From Bugula neritina (lineage: Eukaryota; Animalia; Bryozoa), in the NCBI GenBank assembly GCA_964035545.1, contig OZ037766.1:10840722-10904721 (forward strand): a stretch of 64,000 nucleotides of DNA. Direction: 5' to 3'. This document shows positions 52,701 to 64,000 of this stretch, in pieces. Position numbers and translations under genes: made by a program. The notes below the pieces were generated by a model, which worked only from the letters and a program-made list of their open reading frames with translations, ran no database searches and was not told where the DNA came from. How positions within the stretch are numbered: position 1 is the first letter of the stretch; each line of letters starts with the position of its first letter.

Positions 52701-55700
52701 TTTAAAACTAGCTATCTACAATTTTTGAAATTTTAGTAATAATACATAAATTAAGAAATACTTTTTACTTTTTTTATGGATTAATGCACAGAAAAAGGCA
52801 TTTGTAGTCTATTCAAAATATATGTTCTCATAAATGCACTTTATGATAGAAATATTTCTGCTTTGCTGTTGTGAAAATCTATGTTTTGTCTCAAAAGCAG
52901 CTAATTCATGGAAATAATTAGTTTTGTTGCAAAACAAAAGACTATGTTCTCTCATGAGCATCAATGTCTGCGAACATCAAAACAATGTGGTGCCATTGTT
53001 ATTATTTTACCACCAACTCCTTCACCATTTGTCAATGGTTCCTAATTTACCGAGCTAGCTATTTTTAAAAAACTATTATATACCTTTGCATATGCAGTAG
53101 TTAATAAAAGTTTAAAAACTTTTCTAAAAACATAGCTATTCTACGTGTCAATTATTTGGCAACTTATAGAGATTTTTAAAAAAGCGGTTTTTGCAACAAA
53201 ATGGTACATGCTTTGTTGAAAAACGTGAAAAGGTAAATTTCAGAAGTAAAAACTGCTTATGCTATTACATTAGTACTTGTATATAAACATTATAACACAA
53301 AGTACTGGACAAATAAAAGTATAGCTGGTCTTGGAAATACATACACTCTATATGCATAACTGGAAGAACGGAGACTATGCAAATTGAAGTTAATAGTTTC
53401 CTTTGTAAACTATTTTCAGTCCTTAAAATATAGTCAAACTTACACAATTTGCAGAAAGCATCACATTTTTCTTTAGCAGCTAAGCAAGGATCTTTGAACA
53501 CATCTGGGATATTAATAGTGTAGGTACCCTCTGGCAATGCATTTGGAAAGTCTCTCAACAGTTGGTGTGAGCCATCTTGTTCAAATCCCAAGGAACAAGT
53601 GCAGTCCAGTGAAGTGCTTTGTTTGCTAGGCATAGTAGAAGCTGGAGTTTTGGTAGCTTTTGTGGTAGGTTTAAACTTAGCAGTAGTTGTAGTGTCAGGC
53701 TCATCAACAGTTGTAGTTTCAAGTTCTTTAACAGTTGTAATCTCAGATTTTCCACGAGTTGTAGTTCCAGGTTCTTCAACAGTTGTAGTTTCAGGTTCTT
53801 CAACAGTTGTTATCTCAGGTTCTTCAACAGTTGTAGTTTCAGATTCTTTAACAGTTGTAGTTTCAAGTTCTTCAACGGTTGTAGTTTCAAGTTCTTTAAC
53901 AGTTGTAATTTCAGGTTTTCCAAGAGTTGTAGTTTTAGGCTCTTCAACAGTTGTAGCTTCAGGTTCTTCAACAGTTGTTATCTCAGGTTCTTCAACAGTT
54001 GTAGTTTTAGGCTCTTCAACAGTTGTAGCTTCAGGTTCTTCAACAGTTGTAGTTTCAAGTTCTTCAACGGTTGTAGTTTCAAGTTCTTTAACAGTTGTAA
54101 TTTCAGGTTTTCCAAGAGTTGTAGTTTTAGGCTCTTCAACAGTTGTAGCTTCAGGTTCTTCAACAGTTGTTATCTCAGGTTCTTCAACAGTTGTAGTTTT
54201 AGGCTCTTCAACAGTTGTAGCTTCAGGTTCTTCAACAGTTGTAGTTTCAGGTTCTTCAACAGTTGTAGTTTCAGGTTCTTCAACAGTTGTAGTTTCAGGT
54301 TTTTCAACAGTTGTAGTTTCAGGTTCTTCAACAGTTGTTATCTCAGGTTCTTCAACAGTTGTAGTTTCAGATTCTTTAACAGTTGTAGTTTCAAGTTCTT
54401 CAACGGTTGTAGTTTCAAGTTCTTTAACAGTTGTAATTTCAGGTTTTCCAAGAGTTATAGTTTTAGGCTCTTCAACAGTCGTAGCTTCAGGTTCTTCAAC
54501 AGTTGTAGTGTCGTCTATGATTGATTCAGCTGTAGTTGTGCTTGCTGAACCAGCTGTAGATACACCATCATCACTTGTACCGTGGTCGATCTCTGTAGTG
54601 GTAAAGTCTTGCTCAACAGAATGAGTTACTTCCAGATCTGGAGTGGTGGGTTCGTCAGAGATTGTGGGAGGTTTTACTGGCCAAATGATTTCCTCATCAG
54701 ATTCCTTGGACTCTATATAGGTTGTCAAGAACACATGAATTAGCCTTTTAACTTTTGACTTTCTTTCTGACAAATAGTGTTGCATACATAATGAAACAAA
54801 TGGATATGTAGGCTAAAAATGTAACCTACATGTATTATAGTACAGATGCGTGTTACAGTAAGAAAGACAACATATTGTTGCAATACATGCCAGGGAACAA
54901 ACCAATTTTACACAGTATACATATCAGACATTTTTTATAGTCCCAAACCATGATTTTTGCCAGGCAAACTGTTTCCCCCTCATCCCTCCTCCGCTAATTT
55001 TATCTAAACTTGGGAAAGCCACTTTTGTTGATTCATACTTTTATTTGACCAAATTATTAATTTTATAGCTGCCTTCTGACAAGCCTATTTATATGTGCTA
55101 TGGAGCAAATATGTTCTACTTTGTTAAGTAATGAAATGTGGGAATGTGGTAAACATAGTAAATAATGAAATTAGATTTTCCTTATAATAATTGAATATCT
55201 GCAGAAAGCTTCAACAATACCCCATGTATAACTACCCAAGTTGTGAACCTTGAATCTCTTGAAAATTCCTGATTTAATTTTCATTAGCTGCTATGTGAAC
55301 TATGAGATTTGCATTGCTCAAGAGTAACTGTGTATAAGAAATACTTATAGATCCAAAAAAGTAATTACAAAAACGAATAAACTTATTCAAACTTTTTATT
55401 TGTTTTGAAAAGCTAAAATATATAATTAAGATTTTACTTTGGTCTAACTTCTCTATATTCTAAATATAGATACATGACTGACAATTGGAATGAGGATGTG
55501 CACTTTGATACAAATTTTCAAAAAATATAGGCCCTTGGCCTTTGGCTCTTGTCAACACCTACTCACTTGTACTGTAGTCGAATAAGAAGTTGGTTTCTTT
55601 TCCAAAATTTTGAGAGCCATGGCTAAACCTTATTTTACATCTAGAAGTTTCCTCGTCAAATTGCAATGGCATTGAAACACCTTCGGTGTTCTTCCCACAG

Positions 55701-57933
55701 TAATAGGGAAGAGAAAAGAAGGCGGTCTCTTCAAAGTTGTTCGACTCGTATACTACTTGAACCAGTTCATCACAGCTGGTATTTATTGCCTAAAGATAAA
55801 ACATGTTGAAATTTTAATAATTTTGAATATAGCTTTTTGTAAATATATTTAATTAGCCACATGCTAGAAATTACAAAATTGCATTTTTAGTGTTGCAAAT
55901 AGGGCTGAAAATTATAATATCACATGAAAGTTGTTTTTTACAAATACAGTAGCAGCTTGCAATGTTTGAATTACAGTTAATTAACATACTATATTTTCAT
56001 TATTCACATATTAAGAAGAAAAGAGGGGTCTAGGGGTTAGAGCACTGGCCTAGTAAACATAAGGTCAGTGGTTCGAATTCTATAAGTAAACGTCATTGGA
56101 TATGTTAGGAAGAGCATCCAATTATAAAATTTATTCCTTTGCTACAATAAATAAAAGTCCTTAGTCCGCTAAAAAACCAGTCTATTACGGTTTCTCGCTG
56201 GGATGGTAACTACAAACCCATGCATGAGTGTTCTTTTACTTAGTAAAAAGTTCCTATACATCCAATAATTTAGGTAAGGGGTCTCTTTTGAGGCAGGCAT
56301 TCTTATAACAAATGGTAGCACGCGGAGAAGTAGATTGAGATGATATTTATAAATTTAAGTTGCATATAGTCAAACTAGGCTAACAAGCTCAGTAGTAAAA
56401 AGGTAGGAAATTTTAAAAAGCATGTAACACTTCTCAGACAAATAAGATATCCCTAATTTAAACCCTTACTCTTGTTTATATATTTATTAAACAAACAAAT
56501 ATATATTTTTATCTATTGCAAAAGTCAATATAAATTAATTTGTAATAAAAAATATTAAAAATTTAAGCTTTACATTTGAAATATAATTCATATAGCTAGG
56601 TATTGTAAGAAAATTTATTTTTTGGCCAATAAAAATATAATTGTATTTATTGTATTCATCTACTGACGCATGACATAGCATTAAGCATGAGCATGACGAG
56701 CCCCATTTAATGTTGAGATACTAAGAAGCGCTATAATTCAGTATAAAATTGTTACCAGCAGACGTAGATGAAGGGAAAGTCTTTTACCAGCCTCCACGGT
56801 AACTTCACAGTCATCAGGTATATTTGGCACTTGGTTTTCATCACTAGGGAAGAGTCTTATGAATCCATTGATAGAATAATCACCCACAGATACAGTTTTG
56901 CCACAATTGTTAGCCACAATCACTGAAAACCCAAAAAAAGTAATCAAAGAATAACAAAAAATAGTAAATTAATAAAAATTAAAGTTCCCGAATAGTTTCC
57001 TTCAGTTGAAAAAAAGGTAAAAGCGTCTAAAGAATTGAAATTTATAGTGCAATTTTAATTGTAGCTGTCCTAAAACAAAAATGGCTTACTGCGATTATTT
57101 ATTGTCACTTTTATGTAGAAAAACAAGCTCAACAAATATAGATTAAAGCACCATTCTTGTATATATGTACATTTCTCCTTATAATATAATATAAGATGTG
57201 AAACAAAAACAATATTTCTAGGAGCAATTAAAGAAACAATATATTAGAATAATAATGTTGTGTGTCTTTTATACATTATTAGAAGTTAAAACATAAACTA
57301 AAACTTTATATTAATTTGGCTAATAAGTGATTATTTTCAAATACTTGGTGATATAATAGGCTTTTATCCACTATTGGTCACCTCCATTTAAATGAACTAA
57401 AATTTATCGCTAACTGTTTCGAATTCTGATAATGATATTTCATAGCAGAGTTTATATCTGAACATCCTTTTTACTAATCAGAGTCTTTTGTCACATTGTA
57501 GGAAGCACTGTTATCAACTTGTCATAACACTAATATGATTGGCATTCTGCTAGTTTTTATTCAACGAAATTACCAAGACTGGTTATGTAATGGTAAGTTA
57601 GAAAAACGTCCTGCAGCTATAAGTGCTGCCAAATATTTGTCTTACATATACATGAAAATCCGCGAAAAATAATGCAAGCAAAAAGATTTTTGCTAGTAGT
57701 AGCCAAATCAGAGATATGATTGATATTAGATCAATGGACTTAAAATACAGAAAGTATGAGTAGCAGGTTTTGATCCGGTCTGCATGCATAAACTTAAATA
57801 TATCTATATTAATCTGTCATATAACTGCTGTGTATAATATTTGAATGTGGTATATAAGTACGTGGTACCTACCATCAGCTTTACCTTGACCTACTAATAG
57901 ACAGCCAACTGCCAAAATGGTGATGAGCTTCAT
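46778..57933 (-). CDS. Secreted protein A (~1126 aa): signal peptide, CUB-like domain, acidic Thr/Glu mucin repeat, 4 x 10-Cys module. Exons 57873-57933, 56756-56922, 55567-55789, 53444-54712, 52435-52551, 52062-52242, 51485-51627, 50921-51016, 50329-50542, 49844-49977, 48392-48445, 47875-48193, 47490-47656, 47184-47243, 46778-46953
   Basis: Signal peptide MKLITILAVGCLLVGQGKA. CUB-like pattern NCG..GFI..P..C.V.V.AGKRLSL..SCDELV..YCG..IRF..F.Y. The 15 exons sum to 3381 nt (a multiple of 3) with no internal stops. One GC donor; no TM segment. Confidence 0.82.
48602..49360. mobile_element. MITE with TA target duplication (Tc1/mariner-type non-autonomous)
   Basis: Perfect 19-bp TIR CACAGGATAGTTAAGGGCA / TGCCCTTAACTATCCTGTG, flanked by TA on both sides. 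Internal direct repeat TTCAGTACCAGTAAAATA. Confidence 0.85.
51835..51937. repeat. Short degenerate tandem repeat (CTACAGTAT..)n
   Basis: ~6-7 CTACAGTA units at ~14-bp spacing. Confidence 0.7.
52575..52653. repeat. 21-bp tandem repeat (ACATGTGTAACTACAATGAAA), ~4 copies
   Basis: Visible directly. Confidence 0.8.
53683..54510 (-). repeat. Coding 24-bp tandem repeat (TTVEEPET-type octapeptide, ~34 units) in gene A
   Basis: (TTCAACAGTTGTAGTTTCAGGTTC)n variants on the + strand, in frame within exon 53444-54712. Confidence 0.95.
56024..56238 (+). mobile_element. tRNA-derived SINE, copy 2 (intron of gene A)
   Basis: Head GTCTAGGGGTTAGAGCACTGGCC, B box GGTTCGAATTC, core ATGTTAGGAAGAGCATCC, tail GCATGAGTGTTCTTTT. 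Confidence 0.8.
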
Positions 57934-58449
57934 GTCAACGCATTAGCTTTCAAAATGCAGCTGAAAATACGCCCAACCATGCAAAGAGAGAAGGTAAAAT
58001 TGAGCATAGTTCAACTTTCAACTTTTATTAATAGATTAATCTTATCAGATATATCTTGGTTCATGGTCAAATGTCTGCAGATAAGTAAGTATGATAATGC
58101 CTTCGATCTGGTTAATACAATCAAAATAAACAAACAGGTTGGCATGCGTTATCTAAGGTCTAGTTCAACAGCAAAATAGAAAAGTTGCAAATAATTTAGT
58201 ATTCTTGATCAGCAATTAAACGAAACGTCCATTAAGCTAGAAACTATCATGTATTTGCTAAAAATAATTCAAACCAATAATTTGTGAAGTGTTTATTTAT
58301 AAAGTCAAAAAATGTTTGAAGAATAGAACTGGGCATGTATTATTTACATTTATTATTATAAAAAGTAGAATATAAAAAAAATTGAGTTTAATATATATTG
58401 GCGTTAATTAGAAGAGTAGGGTTTGTTAGTTTAACATAATCAAACACAG

Positions 58450-61400
58450 CTACCCCCAGACATTCTTATTGTAACAGGAAGTAGTATCAAAACCATCGCA
58501 ACAGAATTGTGAATCGAATATAGCTCCATCGTCTACAGCACTTCCACATTCAGATGGTCTCGATTGCATGACAAGGTTGATAGGGGTGTTTACTTCATAG
58601 CCCAGGTTTGAACAGATGGCAGATTCTGGAAGCAACATCATACTATTTACTTCATTATAATGCTACACCACAAGAGATATGAATATGAGTATGAATGTAT
58701 GAATATAATTCCAAAGGGAGTAGCCGTGGTGCAGTGGTTAGAGCAATGCCTTCACATTTCACTAAGCCAGCGGTTTGAGTGCACTTCATCGATGATGTTA
58801 GGAAGAGCATTCTGTCATAATTGCTCCTGTGCCACATATAAATAAATCAACAGCCCACTTTGAAAAATGCCCTTTCTAACAGAGGTTCTCACAGGGACAG
58901 TGACTCTAAACTTGCATGAGTTTTTGTAAATGTCATTCAAATAAATTTCTCTCTAGTAGGTTAAAAAGCAGTGACTATAAGTTTAAGCAAATTTGTAGAC
59001 CTCAAAATACTAATGTTCTAAATCTTAGATAGTAAGAGAGACCTACCATAAAATGGCATATCTTCATCAATCACAAATCTTTCCACTACAACAATAGAAT
59101 TTATAAAACTTGACACAAATTAAAGTAACCCATCAAAATAAGCAATAAAATACACGATTATTGGTTTTCCTAAAATACTGAATTGAAATAATATAGGTGA
59201 CTTATGAGCATTACAAACTGGCGGCCTTTCGATAATAATTTTGTAGTGCATATTAATTTTAAAGTAATTTTTGCTGATTCTCCAAATTAAATTTTACCAA
59301 ACCTACCTTTTTGCTGGCATTTAACTTGGCAGATGTCACGAGCTTCACCACAATTGCGCACTTTAGACGTGCTGACGGAAGGAAAACCACCAACAATATC
59401 TGATACTCTCATAGAGTCAAAGCTAGCATGAAATGTATTCTCATACTGAAGGCCAACAGAACAAATGCATCTAAAAATTATATAATATATCGTAGTATAC
59501 TATAGCAATATATTTTATAAATTGACTTGCTAAATTTTAAGCAGGTAAGTAAATAACAAAAAATTATCTGGTCAAAAATTTGCATGTGCTAAACTCTGAT
59601 GTTGGCTCTTTGAGTTGTTTAACTGGAAGCTCAAGATATTATTTTAGTAAAAAAAGTAATCCATAAAAATTTCCCCAGTCTTAAATTTTATGCTACAAAA
59701 CTTTATTATAATATAAGATTATGTTTACATCCAAACTAAGTTAACTTATAATAATGTAGAAATTTAATCCAGTTGATTTCTATTTTTCAAAGATACATAC
59801 CAAACAACCGGATTATAAAGCATGCCATTCAACTAAAATATTGAAAATGCATTTTGAAAAAGTTTTTTTTACTAAAACATACTTGTATTTTTTTAGTCCT
59901 TTTGCCCTCTTAGTAGTAGGGGGGTCAGTGTAATACATGAACGGCGTTGTAGTGTATTGGTCAAGTAGAGACTGACAGCTAGTGTAATATGGGTCACGGT
60001 ATGGCAAGAGGTTTCCGTAGAAATCATTCGTCCAATCATATTGGGCAAACTGGTCATGATGTCCTCCAGCGCAGCAAAAATCTTTTTTCAAAACTTGGAC
60101 CAGCGTCTGATGATGTACATTACGGCACTGTACGTTATCCAATGCGCTATAAACTTCCAATATTGAAAGATCTTTTCCCACATCTGGATTGAACTGAGTG
60201 TTTATTTTTGTACACACGTCATTGGCTGCAAAACGTTGAAATCTAAGCATTATTTGACTTTAAATAATTTATTAACAGTTAAATATTATTGCCTTAGGTC
60301 ATCACAATTATAAAAGATATCAATAGATTGAGAGTAGAAAACACTTGGTTAATGCTTTCTAAAGAACTGCAGAAACATTAGACATCTGTTAACTTACACC
60401 AATTTTGTATTTTTATAATTTGATTATGTGCAACAAAATATTTATAATAGCTTACCAATTTTTTCAACTAGTAAAGCAGGATCTTGAGGTTTCTTGCCAG
60501 CTAGCCCATTCACTGCAAAATGTTTATGTTTATGTTTAATACACAAAATACAATCTATATTGAAAGTAGAGATAAAATCTAAAGTTGCGTTTATACCTTC
60601 ACGATTTTCGGTCAAAAATTCAATTTGGCCGGGTTGAAATTTCTCCGAGTTGCATTGCATTGTAAAAGCCACTCGTTGAAATTTTTGTACTGCGATAACT
60701 TAATCGGCCAATTTTAGAATAGGAGTAATAACTCCTTGTAAACATCGTTATTTAGTTATTACTTTGGCGATTAAACAACGTACTTATACGGTTATAATTA
60801 TATAGCCTACGCCTTCTCAATTATCGCTTTTATGCTTTCCGCTTCACTAATTCACGACGTTTACAAAGGGCATCAAATAGCTATTATGCGAGTCAAATTT
60901 CAATTTCGAAAAGTGAGCAACCGCATCAATATGATTTCAACGAGTTTCAGCTTGACTATAAAGGGGTACCCGGACAAGCATTATTAACTTAAACTCGGTA
61001 CTTTTTTCAGCAGAGGTATAAACGCAACTTTATGTTGTTAGAATTAAACTAGTAGTTTTACACGGAAATATTTGAAGCAAAGTAAGAACTTTTAGTGCAA
61101 CATAAATATAAGTTAGATTATGGATAGCACTTCCATACTGTTCAGTGCTGCACGCATAGAATTAGCCTAAAATCAAGACTCGGCTACAACAGATTCTCAA
61201 GTGAAACCTTATTTCTGTGTAAAGTCTTGATTGCACACCATTATATGCTTACAAAACTTGAGACACTGTTGCTGACACTGGCTTTCTGCAGATGAACAAG
61301 ATGAGAAGGGTATGTCAGCAGTATAGACGGGATAAAATCTTCTCTCCTTGTTGAATTTCTTAGTTCCATTATAATATACTGGAACACACTTACACCTATT

Positions 61401-63737
61401 ATAAAAATACAACCAAAACAAATCTAACAACGATGCATTCTATTATGCATATACACTATACAGTAATATGTGGTTTTGATTCTAAAATTCCAAATTAGTA
61501 TCATAATCAATATTTTTATTTTGAAAAAAAATTAAGTTAAATAAATTATAACACCCTATCTTAAGCAATTTGAGTGCCTAAAATTAGTTTCCAAGAAAAA
61601 TTTGTTAAGCATTCATGACAGCCTCGCAAAGCTTGCACAATTTGCTAATTTTGAAACTTGCTGTTTAATTTAATTCCATAAATATAAAAACCGACACAAC
61701 CTACAAGTGATTGTTTTCAGTAAACATAAGGAAAAGCTAAATGAAATCATATTTGGTTCATTTTCTTAAAAGTATTATTTGTGAAAAATAAAAAGAACTA
61801 AATCAAATTTGATATTAAAATTCAAACTTGCAATATAACCAATTACCATCCAGGAATTGCACTACAATTAGCTGTGATTGGCCAAAGCTTGATTGTAAAA
61901 CTAGGTCAACTTTCTGTTGATTGCAGGCCATTCAATACAATGGCTTCTTTCTAGGGCCACAAAAATTTGTCAAAGCGTACTATTCTATGGTGGCAATAAT
62001 ATTTTCAACCCAATATCGAAACTTGCCTACATGAGCGTAGTAATAAAAGAAATATAACAAATTGCGGTACTTACTTTATGGTACCGGTTGGAGAGGGGGG
62101 TGTAGTAGTACTTGTAAATTTCACAGACGTTTCACTAGTGGGTTTGGTTCTCAAACTAAAATATTAAAAACATACCAGATGACAACTTGCTTGTTATTAT
62201 GACAAAAATATTGTTCTAATCATTACTAAGTAAAACATACTGTAAAACACCATTTAAAATTTCTGAAAAAGCTACAATGAGTTGGAATTTGTTTTATGAT
62301 CAATTCATAAAAAAAATTACTTTACTTTAAATAATGTATTATTTTAAATACTTTATATAGCACATAATTCTTAAACTATTGAGACATAGTGTCAACCAGT
62401 TTACTTTGCCCTGACCTTGTAGATGGTACTGTCGTAGTGAAACAAGGCACACGATTTCCTTTGTCATTGCAACAGAAATTGTTTTCTATTTGGTGTACTT
62501 GAAGTGGGTCAGCAGTACATTGGGGAAGATGGCTGAAGACATGCAGTTTGACTCCTGGAGCTGTTATTGTTTTGTTGTAGTCTTCACAGACAGAGTCACC
62601 TGGTTCCAACAAGTATGTATATCAAAGTTAATGCTAAGCTTACATTCATTACCTTATTTACTATTCCTAGCATTAAAACAACAAACTCAGCTTGAAAAGT
62701 GGAAAACATCCTTTACTTCTAGCCAGCCTCTTATAACTAATTTGCTTATTTTTACTATATATACATATATACAATATATAAAACCAAGAAGCTATTATTA
62801 CTCTAAAATTTACAATTTGTTGTTGCAATTGCTTGGGGTTTTGTTATATACGCTTGTGCAATTTCTATAGTATTGTAACTTATTTTTAAAATCATGTTTA
62901 ATAGTGCAAGAAAAATAGTTAGAAGTAGGATTTTTTTATTTTGCAATCACCAGTTCAGATTTTATGAAATAGTTGTATAGCACAAGAAGTTACTCCATCC
63001 ACTAACTGAAAAGTCCTAGATCCAAACTCCGAGTTAAGAGACAAAATATGGTAGCTATAAAAATTCAGTTGTTAAATATGTCGTGAATTGTGGCACATAA
63101 TATATAACCTTGACTTTGTGGTTATTTATTTAACATAGGTTTCAGCTTCTTTCTGTTTTAATTGAATGTAACCACTAATTAGAAAAAACTCAACTTCATT
63201 TAAAGTCCCTAATCCTGTAAGAAACTCTGATGGTAGGAGTTTTATGCAGCCTTATAGGGGCAGTGCTGCTCAAACCACTTTAGTTGGGTTTCGGGTAGTT
63301 CAAAGTAGTACAGCAGGAATGATGACTGCACCAATAAATCACTATGAATTCGCACTTATGAACTAGTGTGTAGGCTAAGCCAGTGCTTTAATTACCAATA
63401 TGCACTGAGGCTGTTCTCTGAATGGCCATTTATGAAATACTAAATATAAATAAATTGCTAAACTTGAAAGCAATGTTAAAAGTCTCAGTTTTTTTAAAAT
63501 CAAATACGATATACAACATTTTAATAATATTATATTTAATAATTATGTGCCATGCTTAAACCATACGCTGCATAAAACAATATTATAGCTGCTTATTATG
63601 TGTCATAATAAATAAAATACCTAGAGGCTTCAGCAGCTGGGGTCGCTGACTGGGGTCAAGTTGAAGGTACTTGAGGAAGTCATTCCTTGTGACAATCATA
63701 TCCAAATCGTCACTACTGCTCACCCTTGTAACAACGT
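58450..63737 (-). CDS. Protein B, tandem paralog of A (5' part lies beyond the window). Exons 63621-63737, 62416-62599, 62075-62155, 61253-61395, 60456-60512, 59883-60225, 59307-59470, 59047-59085, 58450-58625
   Basis: Exon-by-exon similarity to gene A (VCEDY..SHLPQC..NFCC; CKCVPVY; YSALDNVQC..DFCCAGG; SAIC..SRPSEC..QFCC..KNVWG*) with matching intron phases. Confidence 0.85.
58716..58925 (+). mobile_element. tRNA-derived SINE, copy 3 (last intron of gene B)
   Basis: A box TGGTGCAGTGG, degenerate B box GGTTTGAGTGC, core GATGTTAGGAAGAGCATTCTGTCATAATTGCTCCTGTGCCACA, tail AAACTTGCATGAGTTTTT. Confidence 0.82.
60580..61032. mobile_element. MITE with ~18-bp TIRs and a CpG-rich interior, in an intron of gene B
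   Basis: TAAAGTTGCGTTTATACC ... GGTATAAACGCAACTTTA form a perfect inverted pair. TSD is either TA or a degenerate TTAA; superfamily uncertain. Confidence 0.8.
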
Positions 63738-64000
63738 CTGCAAATAAATTCATAACTGCTATACCAATTTTGCATCACATCTCTTTTTTTCTGTAAAATT
63801 ATATGTTATTTTGGATAACCAGCTTTAATCTAGTTTTATATAGTAGTATGACTTGTTTGGCAATCGTCTTACATAATCTGACGTAGCAGTATAATACTAA
63901 ATTAAGCATTTTATACTTTAGTCTGATGCAAGAGTGCAACCACAACATGATTTTCCACAAATAAATACATTTTTAGGCAGTTTTAATTTTGAATAATTTG

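Noticed and set aside
52780-53260. Segment with palindromic GTTTTGTTGCAAAAC motifs, possible MITE
   Set aside because: Termini and TSD could not be defined
53599-54624. Long + strand ORFs (341 aa and 301 aa) overlapping the mucin exon
   Set aside because: They are antisense shadows of the 24-bp coding repeat. Only the - strand frame splices into a coherent protein.
63206-63420. GC-richer block in a gene B intron as a possible extra exon
   Set aside because: The flanking exons already join in frame as in gene A, and no matching splice pair or Cys motif was found

Overview
AT-rich, intron-rich animal genomic DNA, with invertebrate-like gene content (lineage not provable from the sequence). 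Genes in order: the 3' part of NUP58 (+); a divergent XK-related protein (+) whose intron holds a Tc1 element nested in a hAT-type element plus a long-TIR MITE; complete kinesin-2 KIF17/OSM-3 (-) with candidate microexons; Wntless (+), head-to-head with KIF17; an unnamed IQ-motif gene (+); NOB1 (+); and two tandem paralogous (-) genes for Cys-rich extracellular proteins. The complete paralog (about 1126 aa, spliced by hand) has a signal peptide, a CUB-like domain, an acidic Thr/Glu mucin repeat and four copies of a ~120-140 aa 10-cysteine module (CxC..Cx6Cx3C..C..C..FCC..C). The Cys spacing recalls insect follicle cell protein 3C, and this family is the best candidate for an undescribed system here. 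Also present: three copies of a tRNA-derived SINE with a pseudoknot-capable core, several MITEs, intronic minisatellites and hexamer-periodic tracts near gene 5' ends. Exon coordinates were derived by eye from GT/AG signals and reading-frame continuity. Homology calls are from recognised motifs, not database searches.
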